Shown: one piece after another, positions 25,901 through 41,012 of the stretch
Numbering within the stretch: the first letter of the stretch is position 1
Layout of the letters: the number at the start of each line of letters is the position of its first letter
The notes under the pieces: generated by a model
Told to the model about the DNA's origin: nothing
The model's input: only the letters and a program-made list of their open reading frames with translations
Database searches by the model: none
NCBI GenBank assembly: GCA_016748015.1
Contig: JAAOMT010000295.1
Span: 62,001-126,000, forward strand
DNA from: Geosiphon pyriformis uo1
Lineage: Eukaryota > Fungi > Glomeromycota
Direction of reading: 5' to 3'
Length of the DNA stretch: 64,000 nt
Program-made: the position numbers and the translations under genes

Positions 25901-28900
25901 ACTGTATGCCAGAAAGATTTTGCTAGAAAAAATCTTGAAAAGTATTTTACAAGTAGTCTTAATTAAAGTAATAAGCCTGATATTTGTAAAAATGCTCTTC
26001 TATTCATACAGCTTAAAAATTATTGAGACCCAAGCTTTTCTTTAAGCATTAGGCACCAACTTACAAGACAAACAAGAATTTAAAAACACCAAAAACATAT
26101 CCAAAACTGATCTGTTGCAATGTTTTTAGAGCTCATTTAAGATACCAAAAAAACCAGCAACTTTGCCATTAGACAAATTAGAAACTATACTAAACAATTC
26201 ATCAAAATTAATTAGACATATCACACTCAAAAAAGCATCATCAAAAATGTACTCTAATAGTTAATATTAACAAAACCAATCACTAGAGAAATCTGTAACT
26301 ATCTTATGCTTTTTTGTTCAGTCTTCTATAATTATATCTACTTTGGTCTTAACCAGATTAAACTTTAGAATCAGTTTATTATTAATGACCAAATAGTCTA
26401 ACACTATTTTGCAAAAGAGATGTTCTAATACACTTCTGATAGTATAATTCTTGTTTTAAAATCTTCTATTTTTTATTAATTGTTGACCTAATTTGAGACT
26501 TTTTAGCATATATTAATTCCAATATTATAGATAAATAATAAAACTTCCTAACTTTAACTAAAACTGATCTAATGTTATCTAAATAAAACCCCAAAAGAAA
26601 AAAAAAATTTCATTACAGAAGCATTAACAGTATTAAAACTATCTTATGTATCTAATAATAATGTAAACTTATTATAAGAAGCTGAATAGAAAACTTTAAC
26701 AATCTTAGACACCAAAAGTTCTAGCTTGTAAAATCTGTATAATTTTTTAGTGAAAACACTATCATAGTTTTTAACCACATCTTTTTAAAAACTCTATTAG
26801 CTAATAGAAACATAGTTTTATAAACAGCATTTTACATTACATCCAAATCCAAAGACTTTTTAGATACTATAAACTTATCAGAAAACATAGCAGCATTAAC
26901 TACTATTGCTTTTTTAAACTTGGTCTACTTGACATCATTAGCATTTTAAAATTGAACTTTCAATGATCCCTATTTGCTTGCTTGTAAAAAGAGTTTAATT
27001 GCATATCTAATAAACTATCCAAATCTACTAACACAAAAACAGCTTGATGATTAGTGTCAAAGTGTTTATTGACATCCAAAACATTGTAATTTACTACTGT
27101 GTTAACCAAATTTAAAGAAACAAACATGTAATCAATTGTTTTCTTGGTATTTCTTGAATTTTTTTATGTAGAACTTTTTACAACCAAACTTTTTAACAAA
27201 GAATTGATTAACTCCAAATCCAAACATTTTTTGAAACTAGCACACCTGTGTAAACTATTTTCATTAAAATCTCCACCCAAAATAACAAAAAAAGACTTAT
27301 TCATAGCTTTTGCAATCAAAAAATTGATCTCACTAGCTTGAGACAGATATATAGTTAGAGTGGCATTAGCATAAAGCTCCAAAATTGAAACAGACAACTT
27401 ATTCTTAAAAAGCAGCTTAATAGACAAAAGCCTACCAACAACTTTCGAAATTTTGTACACATGCCTTGTCAAATCAATATTTATTATTACTACAACACTA
27501 GAGCTCAGGTAATCAAACTCTAAACCAAAAGTGAACACTCAAACACCATCAAATTTATTCATGATCTATGAACAAATCTTATCTTTTAATTTCGTTTTAG
27601 TAACAATAGAAACCAAATTGTTTATTTTTTTATACTAATAGATAATATTCTTTTACTTAGCAGAAATGTTTATACTCTTAACATTACACATAGCTACTTT
27701 CCAAATGAAATTGGTCATTAAGAGAAATAAGTGCCAAAGCCCAAACCAATATTGTTTACTCTAGCCAACAGGCTTATAATTGTGTTTAACAAATTGCTTA
27801 AAGTTTTTTCCAATTTTAAAACTACTAAAAAATTAAAACTTATTACTTTTACAACAGTTTTAACACTAGTGGCTATACTCAAATCTTCACTCATTACAAT
27901 ATCTGCTCCTTGATTTTATAATGAAGAGATTACTAATAGCTGACATTTAGGGCTAGACTAGGAAACCATTAGCCTAAGTATGTTTAATTTTTTAGCCAGC
28001 TTAATAACTTGCTCTATAAAGCTGTCAAAACTGTGTTCAAGAGTGGCAAATCTTCTATCTAAATTTATAGATACAAGTGGGATAGGCTTTGTCTTTAAAA
28101 AGAAATCAGAACCAACCAAACCATTTTGTGCAGAGAGAAAAGAAAAAAAGAATTCACTAACAATCTTGGTTCAAAAAACATTACCAAAAAAAACAGAATA
28201 GGTAATTGGTGCTAAATATTTAGCATAAATAAATACCAGTTTGCTTTTATCTTCCTTCAATAATACTCTACAAAATGGGCTACCAAGAGAAGTTTTTTAC
28301 TTATAGAACAGCCCAATAACATATGACTCTACTTAGCACATTTTATTAAATCTAGATAAGACCAGCATAGATTGGTATTTCTTAAAACTAGTGTAGTTTT
28401 CATAACAGTATTCAATGACTTAGTTGAATTAAAACAAACAACTACACATTTGGCCCAAGTATATATAACTGGATGTTGATTAATGGCACATGTTTTTTTA
28501 TTCACAGAGTCAATAAAGTCTTAGATATTATGAGCATTTATACCCATTAACAAAATATAAAACAATGCCCTATAATAATTTCTTGTGTCCTATGTTTTCT
28601 TGTCTAAATCTGCTCTGACAACTCACAGTATTTTTTCAATTAAGATAAACCAATTTGCAGTAACCAAATCAGCATGATCTGAATGTTTAAACTCTACTAT
28701 AGCCTTTTGCCATAGTCTCACCAACTGCATATTGATTGACTTAATTTGTCCAAATTTGAATAATGCAGCATGTACAGTCTCAGTTAATGTTTCAATTGAA
28801 ATTTTTTTTATTATCACAGCCTAATTTGAACACCAGCAGATTTTTTAAGATTAGTGTTTATAAAAATTTTCTCAGCCTTTGCCAAATTAGTTGCCTATGC

Positions 28901-29660
28901 CAAACTGGATTTAGAAGTAAACATGACTCTAATAATTCCAGCAAATTTTGAAGAGATAGAGGCTCTTCCAAAACTATTGATTTTTGAAAATAATTTCTTA
29001 ACTACCACCAGCTTTTCTTAAAAAAACTTTTTAGTCATCTTATATAAACCAATATCCAAAGTAAATGACTTCTTAACAAGAATATTGACCAAATTCTTCA
29101 AAGAAAAAAGAAAAGTCAATGATATATTCAACAAAACATTATTAACATTATTATTACTATTATTTAAAAAGTTAATTTTTCTTAATAGTTTTTTTAGAGC
29201 TTTCTTGGTCTTAATGCATGAATTTTTAGGTATTTGGTTAACATTATTATTATTTATAAAGGCCTTATTACTATAGTTAAAACTTATTTCTTTAATTAAA
29301 CACTCCTTTTTTATGTTAACACTATTAAATTTGATAGTATTACCAGTTTTTGACCTCAAAAATAACCATCAAAACTCTCAGCAAAAATTTTTTTAGTTTT
29401 AATATTGTTTTCCAAGATACTATTTCTTCTTTTTTTCTTTGATAACACAGACTTAACAACCATAATATGACCAGATTTCGTAATAGACTTTTTCAGAACA
29501 GCAATATTAGAGCCAATAGTAGCTTCATAATTAAGCAAAAACAGTTTGAATTTATCATACTAAATGATAAAAAACTTCTTTTAAAAAACTTTTTAAACTC
29601 TTTTTTGGGAATTTGAAATAAAAAAGAGAAAGAAGTTATTTTGATTTTCTTATTAATTTT
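22917..29660 (-). mobile_element. LINE-A: degenerate, near full-length non-LTR retrotransposon (ORF1 RRM; ORF2 APE-RT-RNase H-CCHC)
   Basis: APE ILGGDFNE (27164-27538), RT region, RNase H LVYTDRSL (24108-24569), ORF1 RRM-like segment (28623-28817), poly(T) at 22917-22933. 5' end is approximate. Confidence 0.9.
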
Positions 29661-30249
29661 ATATTATTTGCATTAATTATAGTATTTAGTTTTATTGTAA
29701 TTGTAAATAAAAAAATTTTATCTGTTTTAAACAATAATAATAAAAACATATTAACTAATTTTAATCTGAATTTGTTTTTAATTATATTCTTTAATATATT
29801 AATTTTTAGTTAATTTTTACTAATTTTAAAATTAAAATAAAACATATTTTTATATATGTTTTTTATTAATCAAATTATTAAATTATTTGATCTTAAAGAT
29901 TAAATTAATAAGATAAATACTAAATTAATTTCTACTTTTTTGTTTTTTGATATTATTTTTAATAGTGTTTAAGAAATTATTATTTATAGCTAATATTAAG
30001 ATAACTTTTAGTGTTTTTAATAAACAAAAATAATATTATAATTTTTTATTTTTTTTCAAAATATATTTAAAGCCAAATTAATTAATTTTTTTTTTGGCTG
30101 TACAACTTTTAAAATTAGTCAATTAATTTTTTAAATTAATAGTTATATATATTTTATTTTCTGCTTTTTTGTTTTTATTTAGCATTATTACTGAGTAAAA
30201 ATATAGATTTAGTAGTTTTTTTAGCAATAATAATACTTTTACTAAAGAA

Positions 30250-33200
30250 TATATATTATTATATATATAATTATTAATTATATTGTTTTTTTCAAATAAT
30301 TAAGCTTTAATAAAATAAATTTATTTAAAGAAAATTCTGGAGTTTTTATTTTAAAACTAACTAATTTATTGAAATTTTTAAATAATAAATTATAAAAAAG
30401 CTGTGACAATTTTAATATTAAATTAAGAAACCAAATTTTTACAATAATTAAAACTTTTGGAATATTTAAATATATATAATATTTAAAATTTTTGTCTAAA
30501 TTTTTTAAATTGTTTTTATATTTCAATAACTTTATCAAATTTTTTATAATATTTAAGTTGTCTTTTATATAACAATTTTTTGTTTATAAACAAAACTTTT
30601 TTTATTATTTTTCTAAGTATGTTAAAAAAAAAACTTTGTAGTTATATATTTAAGCATATATTTTCTATTTTGCTGTTAATTTTCTGTTTTTTTATAACAA
30701 TTTTTTATAAATTAATAACAAAATGTACTTTAATTTTATCTTTAATTGTTATTTGAAAATAATTCTTAAAAATATTTATATCTATATATAATTTTTTTAT
30801 AATAAAACTGACAATTAAAATAGTGATTTAATTTAATGTTTTTCTTGTTTTTATTTATTTTGCTAAATAATCTGTTGTTATTATAATATATTTGTTTCTA
30901 TTAGAAATTATTGTTAAAGATCTAATAATATTAATTTTAATTCTGTCAAAAGATTGATTAACAAAAATTAGATAAATGTTTTATTTTCAATTAGATTTAC
31001 TTTTTTGTTAACAAATATTATAAGTTTTAATATATTTTGTTATATTTTTTCTTAAGATTGGCCAATAATATTTTGTTGATGTCTTTTAAATTGTTTTCGA
31101 ACCAGATAATTCTTTAGAATTAATTAGAATTTTTTTGATTTTTTTAATATAATTTGTTCTAATAATATTATGATTTAAAAATTTCGTAAAATTATAAAAT
31201 AAGATATATTATCCAATCATAATATTATACAGTAATAATCTTAAAAAAATAATAATTAACATAATAAAAATTATTAAATAATATTAACAGTAAGTATTAT
31301 CTTATAATAATAATAAATACTACAATATAATAATAACAAATATTATGTTAAAATATTAAAAATAGAATATTATAATATGTTTTTTTGTAAAATTACAAAT
31401 AAAGTAATTTTAATATTGAGAAAATAATCTTTCAATCTTTTAGCTTTTATTTTCAATTATTTATATTAAATATTTTTTAGTATTTATTATTAAATAAATA
31501 TCCAAATAAATTTTTAATTAAAAAAATATAAAAATAATAATAAAAACTAAATTATTACAGTAAAACTTATTTGTATTATATATTGAATAAAACTGTTATT
31601 TATTAGTTAAAACTATTAAAAAAATAATTTTTGATTAAAATTATATATATTGTTATAATTAAAAAAAAACATAAAAAAAAAACATACTAATCATAATTAA
31701 ACCAAAACAAATAATATATCAAAAAATATTTTTATAATAGCAAATTAAATAAAAATTTAATTGCTTTTGCAAATATTTTTTTGCTGTTAATTATATTTTA
31801 ATAAATATTTTTACTTAAAATTTAATAAATGTTAAATTTTCAAGCTTATTATTATATTTTGATTTAAACCAATTTACTAGTAATTAATTTAATTAGTGTT
31901 TTATTGATTTGTTTGTTTTATTAGATAATTAATTGAAATATAATATTTGTATTTTAATTGTTAATTCTTTTATAATATTTAATATTATAATTATATTTAT
32001 CCAGATATATTAATTAACAGAAAATATTTTTTGTTCTAATTTTTTTTGTGTTTTAACTAAATTAAAACTTAATTAATATAAATATCAAATTATCTTTTAA
32101 GAAGATATTTGTTCTAATAAATAGTAAATTATATTATTGTTAAATATATTTTTTTAATAATTGTGTAATTTTTTTTAGCTTATTAAAGAATTTTGCTATT
32201 ATAAACAATTACATATTTTTTTAAAACAAGATAATACCAAAAGAAATATTTAAAAATATTAATATAAAAAATGAATAACTTATCAAAGTTAAATTGTCTT
32301 AAAATAAATTTAATAATTGGTTTTTTTTTAAAGTTTTAAATGCTATTTGTTAAAAGATATATCAAAAATAATTTATATTTTTCTGTAAAAACTAATTAAG
32401 CAGATATATAATTTTGGAGAAATTTTTAATAAACTTTTAATAATAAAAGATTAGTTTAAGAAAAAATCATAATTTAAAAACATTTATTAATTATTTAAGC
32501 TTTTGTACTTTTTTTACTTCGGTTAAGTCTAAAAAAATTTCATTTTTTGTTACAAAATAACCTAAAAACTGAGTAAATTGTTATTTAAAAAATAATTTAA
32601 TTGAATTAATCTTAAGTCTGATATTTCCAAAGAGATTAAAAGCTTTTTAAAGATCTTCTAAATATTTATTCTAAGTTTTTAAATATATAATTATATTATT
32701 AAAATATATAAACAAATTGTTAATGCTTTGGTTTAAATACTTTATCTATTAATCTTTAAAAAATAGATAAAATATTTATTAATCTAAAAAATATTATTAT
32801 AAACTTGTAAATTTATATTTTATAATAAAAATAGTTTTTTTTTGGTAACAAAATTTATTTTTACTTATCAAATCTAGTAATTAAATTAATTGTTATAAAA
32901 TAAACTAAGTTTTTAAATTAATTAAAAATAAATACATATTTTATTTAATAATTATATTTAGTTAATAATAATTAATACAAAATTGTAAAGTTTTTTTTTT
33001 AGATACTACTACAATAAAAAATATTTATTTGTTCTTGGTTTTTTGTATAAATTCAAGTTTTTTTATCTGATTTTTTTTAATAATTAATTAATAAAATTTC
33101 AAATAAATAAGTTAATTATTTTTAGTTTTGATTATATATTAAATAAAATTTGTTTGATTAAAACGTTTTTTTTTTAATATTATTAACTTATTTTGCATAA

Positions 33201-33400
33201 CAAATTTTTAATACTGATTTTTTGGTTTTTTTACTAAATTTTTTTTGCTTAATTGTTAATAATTAGATTTTGAACACTTTTTTTCAAATTTTTTTTGTAT
33301 AACTTTGATTTTTTTATTAAGAATTAATGTAATTAGTTTCTAATTTTTGAAGAAAGTTAAATATAATTTGTATTTGTTATTTAAAAAATAGAAAAAATAG
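30250..33400 (-). mobile_element. Ghost Ty3/Gypsy pol (RT thumb and RNase H barely legible)
   Basis: Minus strand ~32640-32100 reads TQFLGYFVTKNEI...FFLKLIFYY*KFIKNFSKI...QIAFKTLK...RQFNFDKLF...AKKNYT, collinear with 62600-63100. Outer limits are uncertain. Confidence 0.6.
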
Positions 33401-34554
33401 TTATATTAACATTAAGCAAAAAAGTAATATTATTAATAATTTTATTTTGTTTTTTTTTATAATTTAAATATTTTTTTGAACATATTATAATATGGCCAAT
33501 AAATAAATTTTTTATTGACTATTAAATTTTTATTATTGATTTGTATATTGTTTAAGAATTTTTTATTGTTGCTAAAATAATAAAAACTAATTCAGCTTTT
33601 TTTTTTAAGTTTTTAAAATTATTAAAATTATTGTTATTATTTTTAAGCTACTATAAAAGATATTGTTTAATATTAATATTTAATAATCAAGAAAAGTTTA
33701 ACTTTTTTTAACTATTTATTTTTAATAATTATAATATAGTTCTTTGTTTTTAATACTTTTATATTAATTTTGATGCACATATTATTAATTTAAATAAAAA
33801 CAGCTTTAATAATTTATAGATTTTTTTTTATTTTTATATATATTAATTATAAGTTTAATTAATAATTTATCAATTGTATCTAAGAAATATTAAACTATAA
33901 TATTGACTTAAAAATTACTATTTAATATTAAATTTATAAAATATTTGGCTATTTGTACTTTATAAATAAGAGGAGTAAAACAAGTTGTTTTTTTAATAAC
34001 AAAAAGTATAAAATTAGATTAATGTTTTAAAAACTATTTTTTTTTTGTTATTATTGTATTTTATAATATTTAAAATTTTTTGAATAATTTGTTTTTGTTT
34101 TAATTTTTAAAGTTTTTAAAAAATAAAAATTATATTATATTGTATTTTAATTATTATTTAAATTTAATTTTTAAAAAAAAACTGTATACAGAATTTATAT
34201 TTCAAAAATTTTTAAATTTTACAATTAAAATTAAGCTTAATAAATTATTATTATTATATTTAAATATATTATTAATTTTTAATAAATATACTTGAATAAA
34301 TATTTTCTAAAAAATACAAACAGCATTTTTTATTAAATTTTAAAACACTAATTAAAACATAAAATTATATTAACTGCACTATTTTATTAATATAAATTAT
34401 TTTTATTTTTAGATTTTTTTTACAAAAATAATAACTAAAATATTTATAAAATTGATTTTACATATTAAATTTTTACAAATTTAATTTATTTTTTATTGAA
34501 TACTTTTATTAAATATTTTATTTATATATTTTTTTATAATTTACTATATTATTA

Positions 34555-37500
34555 TAATTATATCTTTTTCTTATTAATCTTTTGATCACAATAAGAATTA
34601 AAATATACCAAAGAAATAAATTTTCTTTATTTTCTATTCTTTTTATCTTCACAGTTATTTCTTTTAATATACTTTTATTCATGAGTATAGATTTAGTAGG
34701 CTTTTTTATTAATAAGTCAGTGTCTATTTCAGCTAGATTGAGGATCTAGTCTGATATTAAAACCAAATAGTTGATAGATGCTCACTTATATGGTACTTTT
34801 TACAAGAAATCCAAGAAACCTATTGTCATTGATAATATGGTCAAGACATCTACTGGCTCTCTATTTCTTGTAGATATGATTACTGATGGTAACAAGTTTT
34901 TAAAGTGTTAAGACAGCAAAATAAACAGTAAGACAAGCAGCATCAGCAGTATATTAGACCTGAAAAACATGAAAAATACAGTTGCAGAAGAAACCAGCTA
35001 TGCAGATTTAAATGTCTTAAATGTCAATAATTTTATGAATAACATTAAAAAAACTTATATTAGAACATATGTTTTGGACAGCAAACCAAAGAATATTTTT
35101 TTTAACAATTTAAGCAACAATAATAATAATATTTTAATACTTCTGGTTTCTAAATTTTCTGGTGCTAAGTATTTGTTAACTGTTAAGTTATGTGTTTTAA
35201 ATAAGCATAATTTTGAGCCAGTTAAATTTTTCATGTTAAATATTGAGCTATCTGCTGTGTTGAGCAAAACTAATAGTGATAAATTGATTGCAGTTAAAAA
35301 AAAATTCTATTGAATTAATGGTTTTGGGAAAGTTTTCACTTTCTCAAAATTTCCAGAAATTATTAGATTATCTTTTACATCAGAATTCAGTTTGAATAAG
35401 GCAAAAAAATTGGCAATCTGTAAAAAAATTCTTGTTAATAATAATTTTAGGAAGGTAAACAACTGCTTGGATCAGGAAGTAATAGTCAAAAAAATTCTTG
35501 TTGATCTTCTAAAATTAGCTGTGAAGTCAGTTTTTTCTAAATTTGATAAGATTGTATCAATTAAGATATAATTAATTAATCTTTAACAAAAGGCTCTAAT
35601 AAAGTATGAATTATCTGAAATAGCTAATTTGGTCGTAGTTAGATAGTTTGTGCTTATAGAAAAAGACTCTATTTATATAGCAAAAACAATTGGTAATAAA
35701 CAAATGTAAGTGTTCAGAGATCAGCATTGGGCTTTATTGTATACTTTGCCTGTTGAGACTACTGTTCATGATTTTTTTAATTTGTTAGATTTTTATAGTG
35801 GAAAAACATGTTTTATTGGCTGTAATCCAAATTTATATGTACATAATAAATGTGTAATGGTTTGCTTTTCTGATAAGACATCTAAGTTGGCTGTTATTAA
35901 TTCTGTTCCAGTTTTTAAGAGTGTGAATTTGCATTGAACTGGTTTGTTTTTGGCTTGCTATACATAATATAAACAATTTGGTCATATTTTTAATATATGT
36001 TCTGTGGATAAAAATTCTGGTGTTTGTGGTAAACATATGGTGACTTTTCAGAATTAGGCATGTTTAACCAATATATATAAGAAAAAACAGACACCAATTG
36101 TCTGTTCAGTGTCTTTTGGTGGTAAAATGTGGGTCTAGGTTGCTAATAATTCTATTTTTTATGTGGTGCTTTTAGTTTTTTCTGGTATTGATTTGTTTTC
36201 AGATAATAAATCTCTTCTGTCAGTTTTTTTGAAAATAAATAATAGGTTTGCCACTCTTAAGTACAGTTTTACTAACCTCACAAAGAAAGTGGACAAGCTG
36301 GCTAAAAAATTGGATATATTTATGTCAACAGTTTTCCAGCTTAGCCCTGAATGTCAGCTATTGGTGACCTCTTTATTACAAAATCAAGGGGTGAATACAG
36401 TAATAAGTAAAAGTTTGGGTGTAATCACTAGTAATAAGACTATTGTGGAAGTGGTGAGTATTAATATTTTGGTTGTTTCAAGACTGAAAGAGACTTTGAA
36501 CAGTTTATCAAATATAATTATAGGCCTAATAGCCAAAATAGACAATGCTGGCTTGGATGTAAAAAATCCTTTTTCTCAATAACAGATCTAGTTTGGAAAT
36601 TTGCTATATGTAATGTTCAAGGCATTAATGTTCCTACAAAGCAGAAAGACATTATTTGTTGGCATAAAAAATTGGGTAATTTGGTTTCTATTAATACTAA
36701 GACAAAGTTAAGATCTAGCATTAGGCCATAAATCATAAATAGATTTGATGGGATAAAGATTTTTTTTTTGGTTTGGACAAGAAATTTTTTGGTGCTAGGA
36801 TGGCAATTATCATGGACAATTTTTTGGCTCATCATGTATCTAAAATTGAAGAAGTCTCTGGTCATCTTATTTTAGTTTGGGTTCTCTTTAAAGACAAGCT
36901 CTTAGTTACAATTTTGGGTTTGTATGCTGGTGCTTTAGCTAAGACCAAGTTTAGTCAGACTACAAAAATCAATTTCTATAGTGCTAAGACTATTAACTCC
37001 AGCATTTTTGTGGTTCTAGCTGGGAATTTTAATAAGAATAGGTCTAAAAAGAGTATGAGTTTCAAATTTTGCTTGGATCTGGGTTTGATTAATTTTTTTG
37101 GTGGGCATCTGCTGATTAGAGCTTTTATTTGGGGCAATTTAAGAGATGCTGAGAAAGTTATTGATTATATTTTTGTAAATAAGAATCTATTATCTGTGGT
37201 GGCCAGCCATATGGTTAATTCTATTTCTGAGTTTTTTAATACAGATCACAAAGCTGTTTTTGTTTCAATTGGTTTAGGTGGTTTCTTGAATGTTCAGTTG
37301 AATAGTCTATGCAAACAGACTAACAGAAATTGTTGGAAGTTTAGAATCAAAGATGCAAACAATACTAAATAGGCAAGATTTAAAGATTGTGCTTCAACCA
37401 GACTCTCAGTAATAAAAGCTGGGTTTTCTGTGACTAATGCTTATGGTGACTTGAATACTATGTAGAATTTGTTGGAAAGAATAATAGTAAAGTTAGCTAA

Positions 37501-40500
37501 TAAAATGTTTTCTAAACATTGGTTCAATGAATTTGAATGTTCCAAAAACAAACATTCTTCAAAATTTTTTGGGTCAAAATTGCTGATTGCCAAAATTGTC
37601 AAGAAGTTAAGATTAAGTAACATGATTGGATTTGATTATTTTGCTAAAAAATAGACAACTTTGGATGGTAATGAGACTTTTATGGACATAATTCAGAATA
37701 GTAAAAGTTCTATGGTTGTTCTTAAGTATTTATTAAGAGTTTGTAAAAAATACAAAAAGTTCAAGCTTTATAAGTCAAAGTTGGCTAAGAAAATATCTTT
37801 TAGGAAGACAATTGAAAAACACATGGAAAGTTTTTGTTCTAATAAAGAGGACATAATCAATACATGTCTTTGGATTATATTAATAAAAATATTTTTTTTG
37901 GTGTAATAAATAAAATTAATATGAAGGAACTATTTTTGGTTGTTAATTATTTGCCAAATAATAAAGCTGCCAGATTGTTAGGAATACCTAATAAACTTGG
38001 AAAAATTGTGGTGTAGAGATGTTAGTTTGTTTTTTAAGACTGTTGAATTTATGTTTGACTTTGAATGCAGTTCTAATTTTTTAGAAGAGAGCATAGGTTT
38101 TGATAATTCCAAAACCTTATAAATGAAATAACATTCTAACAAATACTAGACCTATTGCACTAATCAAGACTGCTCAAAAAATATTATTTAAGATCCTTTC
38201 TAATAGAATTTTTTCAAATATAGCAAATTTAATGTTCTTTGTGGTAATAATTTTTTGGTATTAAAAAGTACTTTGACTTAGCCTTCTATTTTTGCCATTG
38301 GGTCAGTTGTTAAGAATACTCTGAAGAAAAACAGAGAGTTTTGATTAGTATTATAGAACATGTACAAAGTTTATGATTTAGTGGACTGATAATATTTAAA
38401 GACTAGTTTGTATTACATTAAGATATACAGTTAGTTTATCAGATTTTTTGGCAGTATTTATAAGAATTTTATTAATAAAGTAATAACAGATTTTAAACTC
38501 TTAAGTGGTTATAGAGTATATGATGGCTTGGATCAGAGTGAAGTTTTTTCTCCACTTCTTTGGAAAATTTTCTATAACCCAGTTTTGTGTAAGATGAAGA
38601 GGCATAAACATTTGTGTAGATACTGTATTGATACTAGGTTTGTAGCAAAGACTAATAAGGTTGAGACTATTGGAGAAAAAACTTTTTTTTTAGTGGCTGG
38701 TGTCTTTGTTAATGACATGATTTAGGTTAGAAGTTGTTAAGTTTCTACATAATACATTTTAAATATTGCCAATAAGTTCTTTGTTGTTAATAATATTTCA
38801 ATTAATAATAATAAGACAGTGACTATTTCTATCAATCAAAGTATTAAATCTGTATCATTGTTAATTAATAGTTTACCTATTTTGATTGCCAAAAAGGGTA
38901 AGTTACACAGATACTTGGGCATTTTTTTATTCACTAAAAGTCTTTTTAAACCTAGTTTGACTCAGACTTATATGGATGTTTGGTTCTTCTTGAATGTAGT
39001 ATTAAAGAAAACCATTACAGATAAACAATTTTCTTACTTGGTTTTGGCTGTTTTGCAGCTCATAGTTAGCTATCAAATGCAATTTAGTTTTGTTTCAGCA
39101 AGTGTGTGTTACAAGTAAGATGTAATGGTCAGAAAGTATTTTAAGACCAAGACTAGTTTGCCTTATAACTTTCTCAATAAGATTTTATATCATTTGTCTT
39201 TGTATGGTTTAAAACTTTTTGAGCAAATATAGTCTAAAGAGAAGTTGGCTTCATTGGTTTTTTTTTCCAATGCTTGCAGTATTTTTGGATGTTTTTTTAA
39301 GCATAGGTTTTTGGATCTGCAGATTTTGGAGTGGTCTTTTTTGAATTTTTTACAGTTTCCTGTCAAGTTGTATGTTAGTCTAGTAAATAATTTCTTGGCT
39401 GGTATAATGAAAATTTTTTTAAAAAATGAGTTGTCTTTGTCAAACAATCTGTTTACTGCTTTTTGCAGACCAAATAAGTTTTTGATGTTTGGCATTTTAG
39501 GGCAATCCTTGTATTATAACTCTGTTTTTTTTTGAAGCAGTTTGGTATTGCATTTGGTGACAGACTTCTGGACAAAAAAAAAATATAATAGACTGAAAAA
39601 CTTTTTAGTGATAGAAAAAATTGGATCTAAAAAGTTTTGTGTCTTATTAATTTACACTAATATTTGAATTTATGAAAAAAATTTGTTTTATGAAAATTTA
39701 GTCTACTATTGTTCTTAGATTATTTGTGCTGAATGTCTTGAAATCCAAGGAGTTCTGTAATATTCATAATTGTTTATTGAAGATTTGGTCTAATTGTATT
39801 AAGGTTATACTGATAAGTTTTTAAAAGGTGTTGGTTTTGCTGGGATGGCTGCTTATTTTTTGGCTGCTAATATGGGTATTAGAATTAGAATGTATAAGCT
39901 GTTATCTTCTATTTTAGCTAAGTTGCAGGCTGTTGTTTTGGCTCTGAAGTGTGTTCTATCTTTATGTGTTATAGTTTTGTATCTGGACAGCCAATTTGTA
40001 ATTAATACTTGTGTTTTCAAGATTTTGTTTATAGTGTCTAATTTCCACAATCAATGTTGGATAGAGAGATTGTATATAGTTAATCTTATTAGAGATAAAA
40101 ACATTTTGGTTACTGAAAATACTGCTGTGTCTAGTAATGCTCATCATTTTGTTTGTGATCTGTATTAGTTAATTTGCTGTGCTCATTGGAAAACTGGTCT
40201 TGGTTTTAATATTGTTTCAAGTATTATGATCAAAGAAGTAGATTGGACTACTATTGCAATAAGTTGGCATTCTGATTTACACATGTTTTCTGAGTTTACT
40301 AGTAAGAAATCGACTAATCTGCACACATACATAATAAAAGCAGTACACAGACAGCTGCTGATAGCAGTTAAGAAGAAGTTATATAACAGAAATTATTTTA
40401 AGGTGTTGTGCTTGCTGTGTAATAAGGTGGAGTTGTTTGACCATGTTTTTACTTGTTTTAGTGATATTGGTCTCTGTGAGAACATTTTAGTTGAGACTGC

Positions 40501-41012
40501 TGAAAGATAGATGTTATTAACAGGTTCTTTTTGCTTGCCTAATTCTGCCATTTTGCACTTGTTTTTAATGTATGTTTTAAATGTAATTCTGTATATTGCA
40601 ATTTGCAAGGGTTTTGTATTAAAGAATTAGTATGCTAAGACAGTTTTAGTCTTTAAAGAGAAGAAAAAAACTGCTCTGACTCTGATTGAATATGTTTAGT
40701 TTGTGGTGGAATTGTATTACACTAAAATGTGATTGATTAGGTCCAAACATAGAGTGAACATAAAAAAAACTGGTTTGGTCAAGAATAATAGTTTGATTGT
40801 GGACTTGTCTTACTGTGTGATGTCTATATTGTTTAATAAAGTGGTATGTATGCTTAGTGTTATTAAATCTTTTGCTGTTAGTTTTGGTAAACACAAAATG
40901 TGTTATTTTTTCTTTGGTTTAAGTGGTAATGCTTTTATTAATATATGTGTATAATATTGTCTTGACTGGCCTAAGTGATTAAGCATATGTAGCAAATATA
41001 TAAGCTGTATTT
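34555..41012 (+). mobile_element. LINE-B: full-length degenerate LINE, 3' UTR interrupted by LINE-C
   Basis: 5' UTR homologous to LINE-C. ORF1 ~34681-36582. APE (VLAGNFN, IDYIF, TDHKAV), RT (QSEVFSPLLW, FVNDM), RNase H and CLLC..DHVFTC. Internal deletions near 37860 and 40110. Confidence 0.92.
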